Origin: Perna viridis
Taxonomy: Eukaryota
Assembly (NCBI GenBank): GCA_037379345.1
Contig: CM074511.1
Location: forward strand, 21,328,001-21,392,000
Length of the DNA stretch: 64,000 bases
Direction: 5' to 3'
Each line of letters begins with the position of its first letter. Positions within the stretch are counted from its first letter, which is position 1. Position numbers and translations under genes: made by a program. Positions 63,208 to 64,000 of the stretch are shown here, piece after piece. The notes beneath the pieces were generated by a model that made no database searches, was not told the DNA's origin, and saw only the letters and a list, made by a program, of their open reading frames with translations.

Positions 63208-63620
63208 ATTTTTGTCCTGCCTGCCACAAATGTTGTGAAAGGTAATACTAAAGTATTAATATTACTTTTCCAGTGTTGGCGTCCACATTAAAGTTTTGAT
63301 TTTTATTAATTTTCTGATCAAGTCAGTTTCATATGGTCCACTTTTGCTAGGTAAGTTATATGGTCCACTTGTGCTAGGTTAGTTGTATGGTCCACTTGTG
63401 CTATGTTAGTTATATTTGGTATGCAGCTGCATTGGCTTCATTGTAGCACTATTCTATATCCATTTGATGGATCTCTCCCCGTCATGGTCTTTTGATCTCG
63501 AAATTTCCAATTTCACATTTGGATTTTGTGAAGTTTTCTTATTAGGTTAGTTATATAAACCACTTATACTAAGTCATATTTGGTATGGAGTGTCATTAGC
63601 ATCACTTTATCACAACTTTG
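63208..63620 (+). repeat. HINE-like element containing a 26-bp x3 tandem repeat (63332-63412)
   Basis: (tatggtccacttgtgctaggttagtt)x3, plus a larger degenerate monomer repeated near 63540; 5' part resembles the segment at 36085. Confidence 0.6.
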
Positions 63621-64000
63621 TGTCTGTTTTATGCATATACCCCTGAAGTTTACTGAAGCATCATTTCATCACAGTTCAATAACTCTATACAAACAATAAA
63701 CTATACCTTAGGAATCTGTCCACTAAGGTGGTGTTAAATAATTGTATTGATATTATAATTGTCTGTAATATATAAAACTAGTAATAATGTCAAGATCAAT
63801 CAAATTTTAGATAACAGCATCCATGTGTTACAGATGAGACATAATTGTATCTCAGTGATAACAGTTTATAGCTATATAATCAATATATAATCAACCAAAT
63901 TTATTTAGCATAAGGAAGGGGCCCTTTAATACTAGTATACAAAAACATAGCCAAAAATAAATAAATACTAGAACTTCCAAAGAAATTGTATATTATGATA

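Noticed and set aside
63332-63412. 26-bp direct repeats as a CRISPR-like array
   Set aside because: Head-to-tail copies with no unique spacers, in a eukaryotic intron with no cas genes.
1-64000. tRNA, rRNA, snoRNA or an intact autonomous transposon
   Set aside because: No cloverleaf or rRNA-like segment was recognised by eye, and all transposon coding remnants are short and disrupted. A covariance-model scan would be needed to exclude small ncRNAs.

Overview
AT-rich, intron-containing animal DNA. The repeat landscape (HINE/Helentron-type elements with ~140-160 bp internal tandem repeats, Penelope-like and RTE relics, strong TACATGTA excess) suggests a bivalve mollusc, probably an oyster; this is inference. 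Three spliced + strand genes can be assembled by hand with consistent intron phases. (1) A complete 7-exon BCAP31/BAP29-family gene (602-7102, 231 aa). (2) A very large 10-exon gene (15886-45273, about 4457 aa) with a ZNF292/RLF/ZNF654-type helical N-terminal domain, huge disordered regions carrying repeated short motifs, and only five zinc fingers. (3) The 5' part of a C3orf20/FAM194-family gene (leader exon near 50.57 kb, CDS from 53185, running off the window end) with an RFX X-box, several uORFs, candidate phase-1 cassette/micro-exons and a U12-type (GTATCCTTT) intron donor. Introns and intergenic DNA hold nested transposon relics with visible target-site duplications. No tRNA, rRNA, CRISPR or prokaryotic system is evident. 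The most notable points are the unusual invertebrate ZNF292/RLF-like architecture, the minor-spliceosome intron and the TA-flanked palindromes that look like cut-and-paste excision footprints. All family assignments come from recalled motifs, not database searches.
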